Source: Octopus bimaculoides (Eukaryota). From it: 33,432 bases of DNA. Location of the stretch: assembly GCF_001194135.2 (NCBI RefSeq), contig NC_068981.1, positions 47,938,115 through 47,971,546 of the forward strand, written 5' to 3'. A program made the position numbers and the translations under genes. The notes beneath the pieces were generated by a model, which was not told the origin of the DNA, did no database searches, and worked only from the letters and a program-made list of their open reading frames with translations. Shown here in pieces: positions 1 through 12,177 of the stretch; position 1 is the stretch's first letter; each line of letters begins with the position of its first letter.

Positions 1-506
1 GACCATATTATACTGACGAGTAGAGGTTGTATAATACTACAATAACTACGAAATCATGATATATAATTCAGTCTGTTTTTAAGGGGTTGGCTTTGAGGGG
101 TTGGCATTTCCTCGTGTTCGGTAAAAATGTGCTTTTTATGGTAGTCTGACCTTAGAGTCCCTCATAGTGTGAGGCATTATTGTATAGTAATGCCCTTATA
201 TATATATATTACAAAAAATGGACTCTATACTTGTTGTAATTCAGTTATCTATTGTCCGAAGATATTTCGGAATACAATTCCTTCTTCAGATATTCTTAGT
301 TGGAGTCTCTGCTATAAACTGTTTTCCAAAGCCGTTGGAAAACGGTTTATAGCAGATAATTGAATTCCGAAATATCATCGAACTATAGATAACTAAATTA
401 CAACAGGTACATAGTTCATTTTTTTTGTATTATAGCGCATTGTTGTACCATTCAAAACTAACTTTCTATCCTTTACAATACACAATGCTTCAAGAGAACT
501 ACAATA

Positions 507-511
<5 letters not shown>

Positions 512-543
<32 letters not shown>
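512..543. repeat. (TA)n microsatellite
   Basis: Perfect TA run seen directly. Confidence 0.95.
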
Positions 544-546
<3 letters not shown>

Positions 547-942
547 AGTTGCATCCTCGTTACACGAGAAAAACCATTGCCAGAAAGATTTACTGAAATG
601 ATTCATAATGGTGGGCAAGTGATGCCCTTATATGACATTTAAGCCCAGCCAAGCTTTTACATATTTTATTACATACTAGACAACTGTGCTAGCTGACAGT
701 AGAAATAGTTGCCACCATATGCACTCTTAATATGTCTTTTTAGACATCAAACTGAGAGGCAAACCTTTTCTCATTTTACACATGTTCTGTCGCGAACATT
801 GTCTATCATGGGTTGATTTCCCTGAGAATGTTGATGATTCACCAGGCCTGTACGGCTCAAACACCTCCGCTCACAAACCACACACATAAAAAAACAACAC
901 TTTATCATTTTCCACAGGTTCTCCCTTCTAATCCCCCTCCGA

Positions 943-998
943 ATACATATATATATGTATATATATATATATGTATATATATATTTATATATGTATAC

Positions 999-1048
<50 letters not shown>

Positions 1049-1110
1049 ATATTATATATATTATATATATACTTATAGATAGATAGATACATAGATACAT
1101 ACATATATAT
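943..1110. repeat. Compound (TA)n/(TATG)/(GATA) microsatellite
   Basis: Seen directly; explains the YIYI ORF 813-1082. Confidence 0.9.
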
Positions 1111-3163
1111 TCCTATTTATAACTCTCTATATCTCTCTCTCTATATACATAGAAACATAGAAATCTTTGAAACCATTGGGTTATGTATGTAGGCTCTCGA
1201 ACGTATTAACCCATGTGTGTATGTAAATATATGTGAGTAGGCTACTTTTCAGTTCACCTTTTCAAGGTATGTATGTATTTTAGCATGGAGTTACAGTTGT
1301 ATATTATTTACTTGTGTAAGCTCTCATGTATTTTTACCGTAATATTTTACTGATGTAATACCGAATACATATGCCATTTCATCCGCGTTTTCACAGTAAA
1401 GTTGTTAACACATTGCATTTTGTGAAATTTAATGCCTTCCTTTCTAATTTACTTCTATTGGCAATATAAAGAAAATACAGAAAGATCACATAATAGAAAT
1501 TATTAAATATTATATGTGTCTATCTCAAATTTATTTCATTTAACCATCATGTAACGTAATGGTTTATTTTTAATTATTCTTATTCTGATCCTCGCTATGC
1601 TTTGTCATTGCTTAAAATGTTATTGTATTTCATGGATTTTAGGCAATTTCTGTTAAAAATTAATTCCCACTGAAACATCAATCATTGCTACAAATTTAGT
1701 TCTCAAAGATTGAGAGTTCCACTCAGGAACATTCTATTTACAGCCAGTTGGGCAACGTTTATTTTAATTCCATATATAGAAAGGTGTTTCTTTTAAAGAG
1801 TAAGCAATCTCTTTTTATTTTTTGTTTTCAAATGGCAAGAACAAAATAGTATCGAATGACAGATGATGACAAAACCTAGTGACAAATACAGGTCCGCTCA
1901 TAATAACTATCCCTCTTCCTCTATTGCTGAGCATCTAATATTTCTCTTTCCAAAGGGTTCTACAAAACATGTGTTATTCCGAGCTCAATGTGTGTGGATT
2001 TCGACCGGTATCACGGTCTAAGTTACTTTCAGCCAGTACTAACATGTATGCATCTGACCGTTTCACATACTCGGACAAAATGAATAAAATAAAGGAACAA
2101 AGCAAAACATCTCATAAAACTTTTAAAATGTGAACGATATATGGTGAGACTCAAACACACCGCTGATTCAGGTCGCAATAAAGTTCTAAAGGCCTCTATC
2201 CTTTCTTCATAAAAAAACCTTACTCACATGTTGCTTCACATTATGCATCAATTTTGTCCACACATTCCCAATATTTTATACCTGTTTTAAATGGGAGATA
2301 TTGAGTATGTATTTGAAGCATCACCAACAATTCTTTTCTCCAGTTTCTATACAAATATATATTGCAGATTATTCATGTTTTCCGGTGTAATGTATTTTAT
2401 TTCATGAACAAATGCATTGGTGAGGACAACGACATACAGTATTCAAGCAAATATTGTTTAAATCTTATGGTATAATCATAAAATTTCTCACCGTAATTGT
2501 GTAAGAAATATTCAAATAATTAGACTGCAAAATATTGAATATCATATTGAAGTTACTTCATATTTGTAACTTAATTTCGTGCTGAGAAAAAAAATGTAGC
2601 TAGGATATTTAATATTATTCCTTCAATTCATGTGAGATAATATCTATATATTGTAAATAATATAATAATTTTATTGATTAGAAAATATAAGTAGGAAGAA
2701 ATGTAAATTGCATGATTACGAATAAATATGGAACCGAATAATCAAAAATTTCGTATTTTGTATGTGCAATATACGGCACTTCATATTAATTCATAAATGT
2801 CCCGAGACAAATGATGTATTTTCTCGATTATAATTTATTGTAAGACACGTTTTGTAGGTACATTTTCACTATATAAACTTGTATTGTTAATATATTTCAA
2901 ATTGGTGCATTATTGATAAACTAATATAACACGCTATTATTGAGCGTTTATCTCTAACGAAATATTTATTTATTCTTCATTTTTTGCATTAATTAGATTA
3001 TGTTTTAATTCAGAAACTTGTCAGACAGACACACGACATTTAAACTTTAAAAGATGTATGAACACACAAAGAAAACTTACTTCAATATAACAATCAATAT
3101 ATCGCACGATCTTAAAATAAGAACAACACTAATGATAAAGTTAATATGAGTCACTGATTAAGA

Positions 3164-3310
3164 AGCAATGCCAGTGATTTTCTGGTCAGGAAATAGTGCA
3201 AATCATAGACCCGAGTACTTTGATACCTTAATTTGACTCCAAAATCCGTAGGGTGAACATTGAACTTGGTGGTATTTCAATTCAGAATAGAAAGAGCCGG
3301 ACAAAACACT
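3164..3310 (-). mobile_element. Degenerate SINE family B fragment
   Basis: TAGACCCGAGTAC...TTAATTTGACTCC...GAACTTGGTGGTATTTCAATTCAGAA aligns by eye to the core of the better copy at 32810-33030 (ATCAACCCCAATGC...TTAATTTATCGACCTCG...GACCTCTGTGGAGTTGAACTCAGAA). Confidence 0.55.
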
Positions 3311-3351
3311 ATGGGAAATAATGACCACCATGCCAAATTAGGTAGCAACTC

Positions 3352-3407
<56 letters not shown>

Positions 3408-3534
3408 GTGATGATCATGATCATGATCATGATGATGATGATCATCATCATCATCATCATTATCATCATCGTGATGATGATGATCATGATGATGATGATG
3501 ACCATGATGATGGTGATGTGGATGATGATGATGA
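3352..3534. repeat. (GAT)n/(CAT)n triplet microsatellite
   Basis: Seen directly; source of the poly-D/H/M/I ORFs. Confidence 0.95.
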
Positions 3535-3669
3535 CGGCAAAGAAAGACAACAACATAAGCAAAGATGACTATTATGATGATGATATTAATAATCAATATA
3601 CATAGATATATAATCCTTTATCTCTCTTTCTGTTCCTAATGCATTCTCAAACGCGTCAACCAACTCAAA

Positions 3670-3727
3670 CCAACTGGTAGTGAACAGCTGACACTGTATT
3701 ACGTCTCCAGCGTTAGATGTGCAAAGC
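3670..3727 (+). mobile_element. Possible 3' UTR remnant of an R4/Dong-like LINE
   Basis: CTGGTAGTGAACAGCTGACACTG...GTGCAAAGC directly abuts (AAT)n, the same geometry as the RLE-LINE ends at 29.0-29.75 kb. Family call is from recall; no coding part remains. Confidence 0.3.
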
Positions 3728-3777
3728 AATAATAATAATAAAATAATAATGATAATAATAATGATAATAACAACAAC

Positions 3778-3842
<65 letters not shown>
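3728..3842. repeat. (AAT)n microsatellite
   Basis: Seen directly. Confidence 0.95.
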
Positions 3843-3844
<2 letters not shown>

Positions 3845-3854
3845 TTATGACAAA

Positions 3855-3990
3855 AGCATTTCTTTTAATATAAGCCTAAAACTTGATATGTTGGCATAAT
3901 TGGCTAGTTTATCAGATCAACCACATTATTCAAATAGTATTTTTTTTCCCGATTCTGAAATGTTTCAGCAGAAGAATTTGAGTTCAAAAA
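3855..3990 (-). mobile_element. Degenerate SINE family B copy with tail against (AAT)n
   Basis: CTAGTTTATCAGATCAACC...CCGATTCTGAAATG...GAAGAATTTGAGTTCAAAAAC matches the family B core and B-box region by eye. Confidence 0.5.
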
Positions 3991-4124
3991 CCTAAATACG
4001 GTCAAAATACAATCAAGCACCTCGTTCCGTAAGCTAAAATTACTGCAAGTTCACCACGTTTAATGGTTTTAAAGTTTTTTGAAAATCCAGCAGTACCTGG
4101 CTGATGTGCCAAACATATTACATA

Positions 4125-4200
4125 GAAACCAGTGCTCAATTCTTGATTGTTTTATTGACACGGAAATAATAGGTATCAACTTCAGCAGAATTTAATCTGT
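4125..4200 (-). mobile_element. Very degenerate SINE family B core fragment
   Basis: TACATAGAAACCAGTGCTCAA...TTTTATTGACACGGAA...ATCAACTTCAGCAGAATTTA resembles the family B core. Confidence 0.35.
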
Positions 4201-4748
4201 TAAAATTTCAGATACCGCATATTAATGATTCTACCAGCTCACTATCGATATCTACCCAGAAACAGAATCATTCTCTTTAAGTACAGTCAGTACGACCCGT
4301 TGCGGTTTGACAGTGTCCACATTTGCTCATACATGATATGTAGTAATTAACTTTTAGGCTATTGAAAGTGTTGAATCAATTTTGTGAGGCTGTTTCACGC
4401 CTTTTGCATTCTATGTAGATAAATAGCAGTGTCTTAATAGTGAATGGACCTTGAGAATATCCGAACCTTTTATACAAAAGATCTTACAAGATTCTGAAAA
4501 ATAGAAATTTCTAAATCGCTGTGATCAGCAGATATGGCAACAATGAATGCATCAACTTTCATTTCTTGTATTAGCATTGTATTTGCCATTGGGGGACAAC
4601 TTTTAATTGGTTTGAAGAGAGTAGCATTGTAATAATTAAGAGCCCTTTATATAACATTGCACACTTTATTGGTTTCAAGTGCTCAGTGTCCCTCAATACG
4701 AAACGAAAACATCCAATATATGGCCTCATAGAAAACGGAGATATTACA

Positions 4749-4761
4749 ATGACGATGAAAG

Positions 4762-4792
<31 letters not shown>

Positions 4793-4810
4793 GGTGGTGG
4801 TGAGTGTGGC

Positions 4811-4841
<31 letters not shown>

Positions 4842-4875
4842 GTGGTGGAGATGCGGATGAAGATTATGATGATGA
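4749..4875. repeat. (GAT)n/(GGT)n compound triplet repeat
   Basis: Seen directly. Confidence 0.95.
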
Positions 4876-5095
4876 TTCATTCTTATGAATATATGTAATT
4901 GCGTGGAAAACTATAAGATTTTATATGCAATTCTGGAAACTTTTATTGTGTTACGTGATGGAAATGCATAAACTATATTTTTAAATTTCTATCATTTATG
5001 TATAATCAGGTTTCTTCAAATTAATTGCTACAGAAATTGTGATGCTAAATTTCTTTGAATATTGATATTATTAATTAGGAGATTCGTATTTTTTC

Positions 5096-5190
5096 TTATA
5101 TAACATTATACTGGTGTTCGTAAGGGATTTGCTTCTCTAATGACTCCATGCTACGTCTTTTTACTGCTGAATGACGAAGAAAATTTTCTT
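5096..5190 (-). CDS. Candidate terminal coding exon (xENFLRHSAVKRRSMESLEKQIPYEHQYNVI*)
   Basis: Strong acceptor GTTTTATTTTCAG|; the phase-1 frame is open for 31 codons to TAA at 5098-5096. No homology confirmed. Confidence 0.35.
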
Positions 5191-5360
5191 CTGAAAATAA
5201 AACATCCATTAATATCAAAATATTATTGCTTATTAGTGCCGATATGTCTCGAATTATTTAATTAAATGGAACCGAATACAAAGCGAGACGTAAATATAAT
5301 TATTTCGAACGTACGCAAAAGCCACGAGTATTCACACATTAAAAACAAACTCTTTCATAT

Positions 5361-5477
5361 GCATACCTACATATCTACATACATACATACATATATACAT
5401 ACATACATACATACTTACGTACAGACATACGTACATACATACATACATACATACATACATACATACGCGCGCGCGCG
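5361..5477. repeat. (TACA)n microsatellite ending in (CG)6
   Basis: Seen directly; CGCGCGCGCGCG at 5466-5477. Confidence 0.9.
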
Positions 5478-5945
5478 AAAACACGTCCACAGATATATAT
5501 GCATATCAACCTATGTCAGTAGGCATGGATATATTGCAACATTTTCGATAGATCGCTAGCCACTAAATGTTTTTTCTTATTTTCTCTGTCTTTTTTTTTC
5601 TGTGTTCCTTTATGTCGAAAAGCGTAAAAGACTTTCTAACTTCCCGAGCGCTAAACTAATATATCTGTTTGTTGTTTTACACACCCACCTTCGTCTCTTC
5701 CTTTTTTAGCAAATTCTCATTATTTATATATANNNNNNNNNNNNNNNNNNNNNNNNNNNNNNNNNNNNNNNNNNNNNNNNNNNNNNNNNNNNNNNNNNNN
5801 NNNNNNNNNNNNNNNNNNNNNNNNNNNNNNNNNNNNNNNNNNNNNNNNNNNNNNNNNNNNNTATGTATGTATGTATATACATACACATACATACATACAT
5901 ACATACATGCATACACAGATAATTAGATAAATGTATACATACAAC

Positions 5946-5988
5946 CTTTGTTTCAGTCATATCGCTGCAGTCATGCTGGAGCACCACT
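5946..5988 (-). mobile_element. 3' terminal fragment of SINE family A
   Basis: TTTCAGTCAT...GCAGTCATGCTGGAGCACCAC matches the 3' ends of copies at 9201-9686 and 11178-11522. Confidence 0.75.
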
Positions 5989-6700
5989 GTCTTATTCCAT
6001 ATTAAATTTGGTTGATTTGTTCGGGATGGCAGGAATTTATATCATCCTTACTGTGTGTGGTGGAGTTTGGCACTTTTCACCTCATCTGTATCTAATTCCC
6101 GGGCGTTGCTTCATCTGGTATGGTGGAGAGGAGAATGTTCAATTCAGCTTTGAAAATCATCCATGATCATATCATATAAGTTCCGTAATTTCTTTGGCAG
6201 AGCATTGAATCCTAATAAATTGCAGTACCTGGTCTTGACTTACATGACGTAGACGATTCCCTTGGCAAAATATAATGACTTTCATTTAGGGTCTTTCTAT
6301 AACACTCTATGCCGAAATTAACTAATAGCTCATCCATAATTTTCCATATGTAGATTATTACATAACTGTCGTGTTTTCACACTGCGGGGAATACAGTCTT
6401 ATTTTTTTCATGCTTTCCCTGTATCTCATCTGCTGCAATATCATAAATTTTTAATGAAGTGACCATGTATCGTTTTCAGCTCTGCTGTTAGCCTGGTTCT
6501 ATGTGGTGACCACAGTTGTGAGCAGAAGTCCTCCACAGGGTCAACATAACTTCTTGGTCTTTATTACCTATCCAACCAGCTATCTGCACTTTCGCTGGGA
6601 TTAAATTTTAAAATTTTACTTGATTACTGGGGATTATGCATTGTATGAAGCAATATTTTATGACTGTATTAATTAATGAAATTTCTGCCGAAACACTTAC

Positions 6701-6743
6701 CATAAACTTCAAACATAATTTTCTTTAATTGCTCTACCTTTCC
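6701..6743 (-). CDS. Candidate internal exon, 43 nt, phase 0 to 1 (GKVEQLKKIMFEVY)
   Basis: Acceptor poly-T CAG|G and consensus donor ATG|GTAAGT; only one frame is open. Confidence 0.45.
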
Positions 6744-6957
6744 CTGAAAAAAAAAAAATCCCACCTCTTAGATGGATTTGTGGTTTAAATTGGATTCCAA
6801 TTTAAATTGCATATTTAGTGTACCCGAGCAACGCTGAATGTATTCAATCTTGTTTATTTCAATGTCAGCTGTTTGGTATGGTACCTAACAATTTCTGAAT
6901 TCCTACGAACTGATGTACTTTTGCTCTTATGAATTCATATAACAAAATCTTAAAAAC

Positions 6958-7060
6958 GTATGTATTTATGTATGTATGTGTGTATGTATGTATGTATGTA
7001 TGTATGTGAAAAAATACATATGTATGTATGTATGCATTTGTGTATATATACATGTATGTA
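6958..7060. repeat. (TATG)n microsatellite
   Basis: Seen directly. Confidence 0.9.
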
Positions 7061-7662
7061 TTCAATGCAAAGATTTTATCTAGAAATAATTAAGCAGTCA
7101 ATGAGTAAAAAAAAAACATGCTATTCAATGGTATTATGTAAAGGACTTCTGCTTACAATGGGTAAAACAATATTCATATTTTAAATAGGTTTTCACCTAA
7201 TAGGTGACATGAATTGATCACCATATTGGAAATGCAGAACAGTAATGAACACAAAAGCAAACATAACCGGCGCAACTTATGTAACTTCTGGAGAATATTT
7301 TGGGAGAAATCATCCACATAAATATACATAATTTAATGTTAACACTTTAAAGATCATGGTAACTGTGTACGTATGAATACGTTTCTTTGAAAGAAGCTAA
7401 CTTATTTTTAAATAAGAGTATAATGACTAATATTTAATTTCACAAAATTGGTTCATCCGACGATATGTTCTCTAATTTTCGTTGTATCATAAAAAGAATA
7501 ATCTTCATAGTCTTTTTTCCAAACGGTTGATTTGAGAATGAAGAAATTGCATTAAAGTACACCGGGGATTGTGCAAATAAAATACGTTAATAAAATATTT
7601 TTCCAATACACATAAGATAGAAGTTTAACTTTTGCGTAAATTCAAAAAGTATATTTGTATAA

Positions 7663-7663
<1 letters not shown>

Positions 7664-7710
<47 letters not shown>

Positions 7711-7772
7711 CTCCCTCTCCCCATCTCTCTCTCTCTCTCTGTCTCTTTATATATATATGTATATATATATGT
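7664..7772. repeat. Compound (TA)n(TG)n(TC)n(TA)n microsatellite
   Basis: Seen directly. Confidence 0.9.
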
Positions 7773-9014
7773 TAAATTCAAATTAAGACAAACGTAAATA
7801 AACAAACAAAATTTGCGTTTTAGAAGCGTTGAGATGTCTTTTAGAAAGTTAAAGAAGTGATTTCAAATTCTCAATCGCAGAATAATGTTAATAATATAGC
7901 CTGAACAGGATACACTACCCNNNNNNNNNNNNNNNNNNNNNNNNNNNNNNNNNNNNNNNNNNNNNNNNNNNNNNNNNNNNNNNNNNNNNNNNNNNNNNNN
8001 NNNNNNNNNNNNNNNNNNNNNNNNNNNNNNNNNNNNNNNNNNNNNNNNNNNNNNNNNNNNNNNNNNNNNNNNNNNNNNNNNNNNNNNNNNNNNNNNNNNN
8101 NNNNNNNNNNNNNNNNNNNNNNNNNNNNNNNNNNNNNNNATATATATATATATATATAATTTTGAATTTAAAATGTAAATTTATATAGTGTTTGACCAAT
8201 TATACGCAAGTATTTGGAGATTACCAATTGGGATTGTAAAAAAACACATGAATAGTTAGTGGAACTAAGGAAGTATGCTGTAGAATTCTCAAAACGACCT
8301 AAATATCACAATGACTAATTTATTGCGAAATATGATCGCATACAAGAAACGAAATCTCTCAAAGGAAATCGGCGACAAATTGTTCATGTTAAACTAGTTA
8401 ATCGTATGTGCATCCAGTTAAAAGACATCCAAAATTGAAAACTGTGCAATCCTCACACCTCAATTGATAATTGTCTGATATACGGATTCAACTCGGTAAA
8501 TATATTAGAATAGAACGTTTCTAACGAAATCAACACGAACAGAAATTAACAGTGTGCAACAGAAGCAAGACTGTTCACAAACTGATAGCACTAACAAATA
8601 AAATATATATAATGGTATGCAGATAAGCGAAATGGAATAGAATAATATGTGCTTTAGGTGTAGACTAAAATACTTTGGGAAACAAATACATACGTTCGGT
8701 GATGTTGAATGTTACCAATTTCTGTGTACTAATGTGACTATTTATTACGAATACTCTGGACAAATTGTACTTCAGTGGTAGTGGAAAATAATTAGAGGTG
8801 TAAGATTCTCAGATTTATCCGCTGTAGTGAGTTGAATATAAATGGAGCATAGATTCGCAAGTTCGGCAATTATAAAGTGAGTATATATAAAGTGCTTTGC
8901 AATTGGCTTGTACTGGGGTTGTCTTAGTGATCCTGTTGCAAGTATTGTTTGGCAGTTAAATTATTCGGTAGTAACGAATAAATGACAATTTTTAACGATC
9001 TCTGTCAGTGTTAC

Positions 9015-9044
9015 TTGACATAAATATACAAATATCGATGACAA
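9015..9044 (-). CDS. Candidate 30-nt exon (LSSIFVYLCQ in phase 0)
   Basis: Strong acceptor TTTTTTTCCTGTTTAG|, moderate donor CAA|GTAACA. All three frames are open, so the phase is inferred. Confidence 0.3.
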
Positions 9045-9200
9045 CTAAACAGGAAAAAAAATTAAAAGTGAGTCAGAGATTCAGAGCCATAGAAATAATT
9101 AAAAATACGCAATTAATTTAAATTATGTAAGATGTCTAAGTTTCAATGCATATATTATAAACGAATACATTCATTTCCAAAACAAAATATATATACATAT

Positions 9201-9357
9201 GTGCGTGCCCGTGTGGTAAGAAGCGTCTTTGGCAACCACAAGTTTCCGGGTTTAGTTCCACTGCGTTGAAATTTGGGCACCTGTCTTCTCCTACAGCCTC
9301 AGGCCGACCAATGCGTTAAGAGTGAATTTAGTACACGGAAACTGAAGGAAGACGGTC

Positions 9358-9448
<91 letters not shown>

Positions 9449-9686
9449 CGTGCATGTGTGTGTCTGAGTGTGTATGTGTCTGCGTGTGTGTTCCTGTTTG
9501 CCATCCCACCATTGCTTGACAACCGTTCGTGGTGTGTTTACGTCCCCGTAACATAGCGTTTCGGCACAAGAGTCCGATAGAATATGGACTGGGCTTACAA
9601 ACAATGAGTCCTATGTTCGATGTTTTCTTCTAGAACCTTTTAAGGTGGTGCTCCAGCATAGGTGCAGTGAAATAATTGCAACAAAT
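9201..9686 (+). mobile_element. Near full-length tRNA-derived SINE family A (CORE-like domain) with internal (TG)n
   Basis: A-box-like GTGTGGTAAGAAG (9211) and B-box-like GGGTTTAGTTCC (9248); TTTGGGCACCTGTCTTCT resembles the CORE motif CCTTGGGCAAGT; 3' end GGTGGTGCTCCAGCAT is shared with the other copies. Confidence 0.9.
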
Positions 9687-10307
9687 GCATGGGTAAATGG
9701 GTAATCGAAACACTGAGTACGCTATCTTCTGAAACGTACTTGTTTGAAGAAATTATTTGTAATATCAATGTGAATAAGATACACAAGTAGGAAATACTGA
9801 CATAAGAAGTGATGTATATAATTATTTTTGATTTGCATTTGTTTTCTTTTTTTTTGCCGTATGCGATTATACGCAATTTTATATACATATGTATATATTA
9901 TGTATTCATATTTAATGTTCGTGCAAGTGTAGAAACCTCATCTCAAACTAAACTGAAACACATTCTAGACTATGTCACACAGAGTAACTAGCTCATCTAC
10001 TGCTGCAGGGTGAGTATGTCTTCCACTAAAATTGTAGTTCTCGTTCCATCAACATTCCGTCTTTTCAAATCCACTCGTATTTTCTACACATTTGTTGTGC
10101 TTAAATTTGCAAGCACAGCATAAACAATAAAGACTGATTCATTCTCGCCAGAATGTCAGCCATCTCATCTCGAAATGTTGCCGTTTAATTGAATATAAAC
10201 CTGATATGATGAACACGCTAATATGGAGTGTTTTGGCACCTTTTCTTCCACCAACTAATTAAAACACCAAAGGTCAATACTGCATTGCGGTTTCTGAATA
10301 ACAGACA

Positions 10308-11168
10308 CAGGGTGCGGTGAATAACCTGTCGACTAAATTGCGCAAAAATGAAAATATCACTGACATCTCATTTTAAGAGTTATATTTACCAAAACTGCAT
10401 AAAAATATCACGAAATACTAAACAGTAAATGTATTCAATAAACTGTCATTGGCATCAACCACGGTCTCCAGACGACTTCAAAATCTCCTGCAACTCTTCT
10501 GGACGATCTCGTTGTTTAAGTTGGTGAATGCTGCCATAATTCTTGGTGTCAGTTTCTCTTTGGTGTTACAAAGTGATTTGTTGGTCTCTGGGTCAACTGC
10601 ATCCCACACATAAAAAATCAAGCGGGTTGCAGTCTGAGAAGTTAGGTTGCAAGATACTAAGGGTGAAGAAGTTTCAGAAATTAACTAATAGCCATGACTG
10701 TGTTTTCTATGGTGTGGAATAATGTTGCCAGACATAGGGTCTACCAGTAGCCATGCTCTTGACTCAGGGCAGCACTACCTATTACAGACACTCGATGTAG
10801 GCCTTCGTGTTGAGTCTGACCAAGCTGGAAGATGAATGGACGCAAAACCTCACAATCAGTAGTAATCAGTCCAAACACCATGATGCTGTCTGGATGTCTG
10901 ATGTGTATCATTCACGGCCTGATTTATGTAATTTGGAGCGCGATTTTTATCACTCTCGGCGCAATGATTATCATTTCCAGCGCGAATGCCAAGCAGTACA
11001 GCATGTCTCTTCCAAATTTCTGAAAAAGTGAATTGCATCATAGTGCTGTTTTTCTCACAAATGGTGCCCAACTAACGGTACTATTCTGTGTAGTCGAAAT
11101 AATCATAAACAATGCACATGCGTGAAATTAAAGATATAGTAAGATAACAATTTACACATTGCAACCTG
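10308..11168 (-). mobile_element. Decayed, internally deleted Tc1/mariner-superfamily DNA transposon, maT/DD37D-like
   Basis: Minus-strand remnants: MMQFTFSEIWKRHAVLLGIRAG (from 11041), HPDSIMVFGLIT...PFIF, PYVWQHYSTP (degraded WQQDSAP), PNFSDCNPLD-fs-VWDAV...KLTPRIMAAFTNLN...CRRF*SRLETVVDAND. The third catalytic residue is D. Degenerate TIRs CAGGGTGCGGTGAATAACCTGT vs CAGGTTGCAATGTGTAAATTGT; TA on the right flank. Confidence 0.9.
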
Positions 11169-11177
11169 TATATTTTC

Positions 11178-11522
11178 CTTCATTCTTTTTCATATTTCAA
11201 TGATCTTACTGTGGCAATGCTGGAGCACCACCTGTAGTCGAAAACAAATCGACGCAAGCACTTATTTCTTGTATGCCTAGTACTTATTCTATCAGTTTCT
11301 TTTGCCGAACTGCTAAGTTACGGGGACATGAACACACCAACTACGGTCGTCATGTGATGGTGGGGAACAGACACAGACACACAAGCATATATACGACGTG
11401 CTTCTTTCAGTTTCCGTCTACCAAATCCACTCACAAATCTTTGGTCGGCCCGAGGATATTAAAGAAGACACTTGCCTAATCTGCTACCCAGTGGGACTGA
11501 AACCGGAATCATGTGTTTGGGA
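11178..11522 (-). mobile_element. SINE family A copy (5' A-box missing)
   Basis: Colinear with the reverse complement of 9201-9686 (GCTGGAGCACCACC, CTAAGTTACGGGGAC, CAGTTTCCGTCTACC, GAAGACACTTGCCT, GGGACTGAAACCGGAA). Confidence 0.92.
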
Positions 11523-12080
11523 ATTTGTTTTAAAGATAGCATATATGCCATATTTTGAGCATATTTGATCAAACATAGCAGTTGTCTAACACTTGTGAAA
11601 CATTTTATTTTTATCTTTTATTGTTACCTCTCAAATACGAAATTTCGTGTGTAACAACCTAATAGACTAAGAAAGGTGGCTGGCATATATGACTCTTTGT
11701 GGCTAATTAATCTTTGACTCCTATTTGTAGGTGGTGCTCATTGCACGCTTGGTCACTTTAGAGACAGTGAATTATTTCCATTTTGGTTTTAAATTGCATC
11801 CAGTAACTGATACATCGTAATTGATAAATCGCTACTGAACCTAAACATACAGAGCCACATAATAACTATTGCAAGATGCTTTCGTCAGAAAATTTAATCT
11901 ATTTATGATGCGATCAATTCACTTTAAAGAGAAGTAACTGTACAAGTGTACCTTTCGATTCTCCATTCCTAGAATATGTTTTCAATTGCCGAAGATACTT
12001 CAATTAGAGCCTTAGGGTGGTATACAAGAATTGCTCGATTATGATGCATGTAATTATCTAGATTAGAGGTATGAATTTAC

Positions 12081-12160
12081 CTTCACATATGGTTCCAATA
12101 GTCTCGATATATTTGTACTACTTGTGCAGTTTCCTCGGATTTGGTATTCCATTAATAAAG
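12081..12160 (-). CDS. Candidate 80-nt exon, phase 1 to 0 (ALLMEYQIRGNCTSSTNISRLLEPYVK)
   Basis: Acceptor CTTGTATAG|, donor AAG|GTAAAT; only the phase-1 frame is open. Confidence 0.3.
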
Positions 12161-12177
12161 CTATACAAGCGCTAAAT

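Noticed and set aside
2100-2460. Minus-strand peptide NIGNVWTKLMHNVKQHV, reminiscent of a Tc1/IS630 NPIE.VW motif
   Set aside because: No catalytic motif, TIRs or consistent frame found; similarity too weak.
3260-4898. Poly-Asp/His/Met/Ile ORFs (3260-3605, 4679-4898)
   Set aside because: Open in nearly all six frames because (GAT)n lacks stops in most frames; no splice or unique-sequence support.
6050-6600. Several exon-like segments on both strands (e.g. minus 6568-6594 and 6245-6297; plus acceptor at 6479)
   Set aside because: Mutually incompatible frames and strands; shows the chance background for exon picking here.
6815-6845. GTACCCGAGCAACG motif resembling a Helitron 3' hairpin start
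   Set aside because: The second hairpin arm and CTAG terminus are absent.
9201-9270. tRNA-like heads (also at 17033, 23205, 24029)
   Set aside because: A/B boxes run into SINE cores and I could not build a full cloverleaf; treated as SINEs, not tRNA genes.
9969-10009. Plus-strand exon-like segment with GG|GTGAGT donor (TMSHRVTSSSTAA)
   Set aside because: Isolated, with no phase-compatible partner found on the plus strand.
10100-10200. EF-hand-like NGNIS..DEMADILARM on the minus strand
   Set aside because: Needs a frameshift and has in-frame stops nearby; no usable splice sites.
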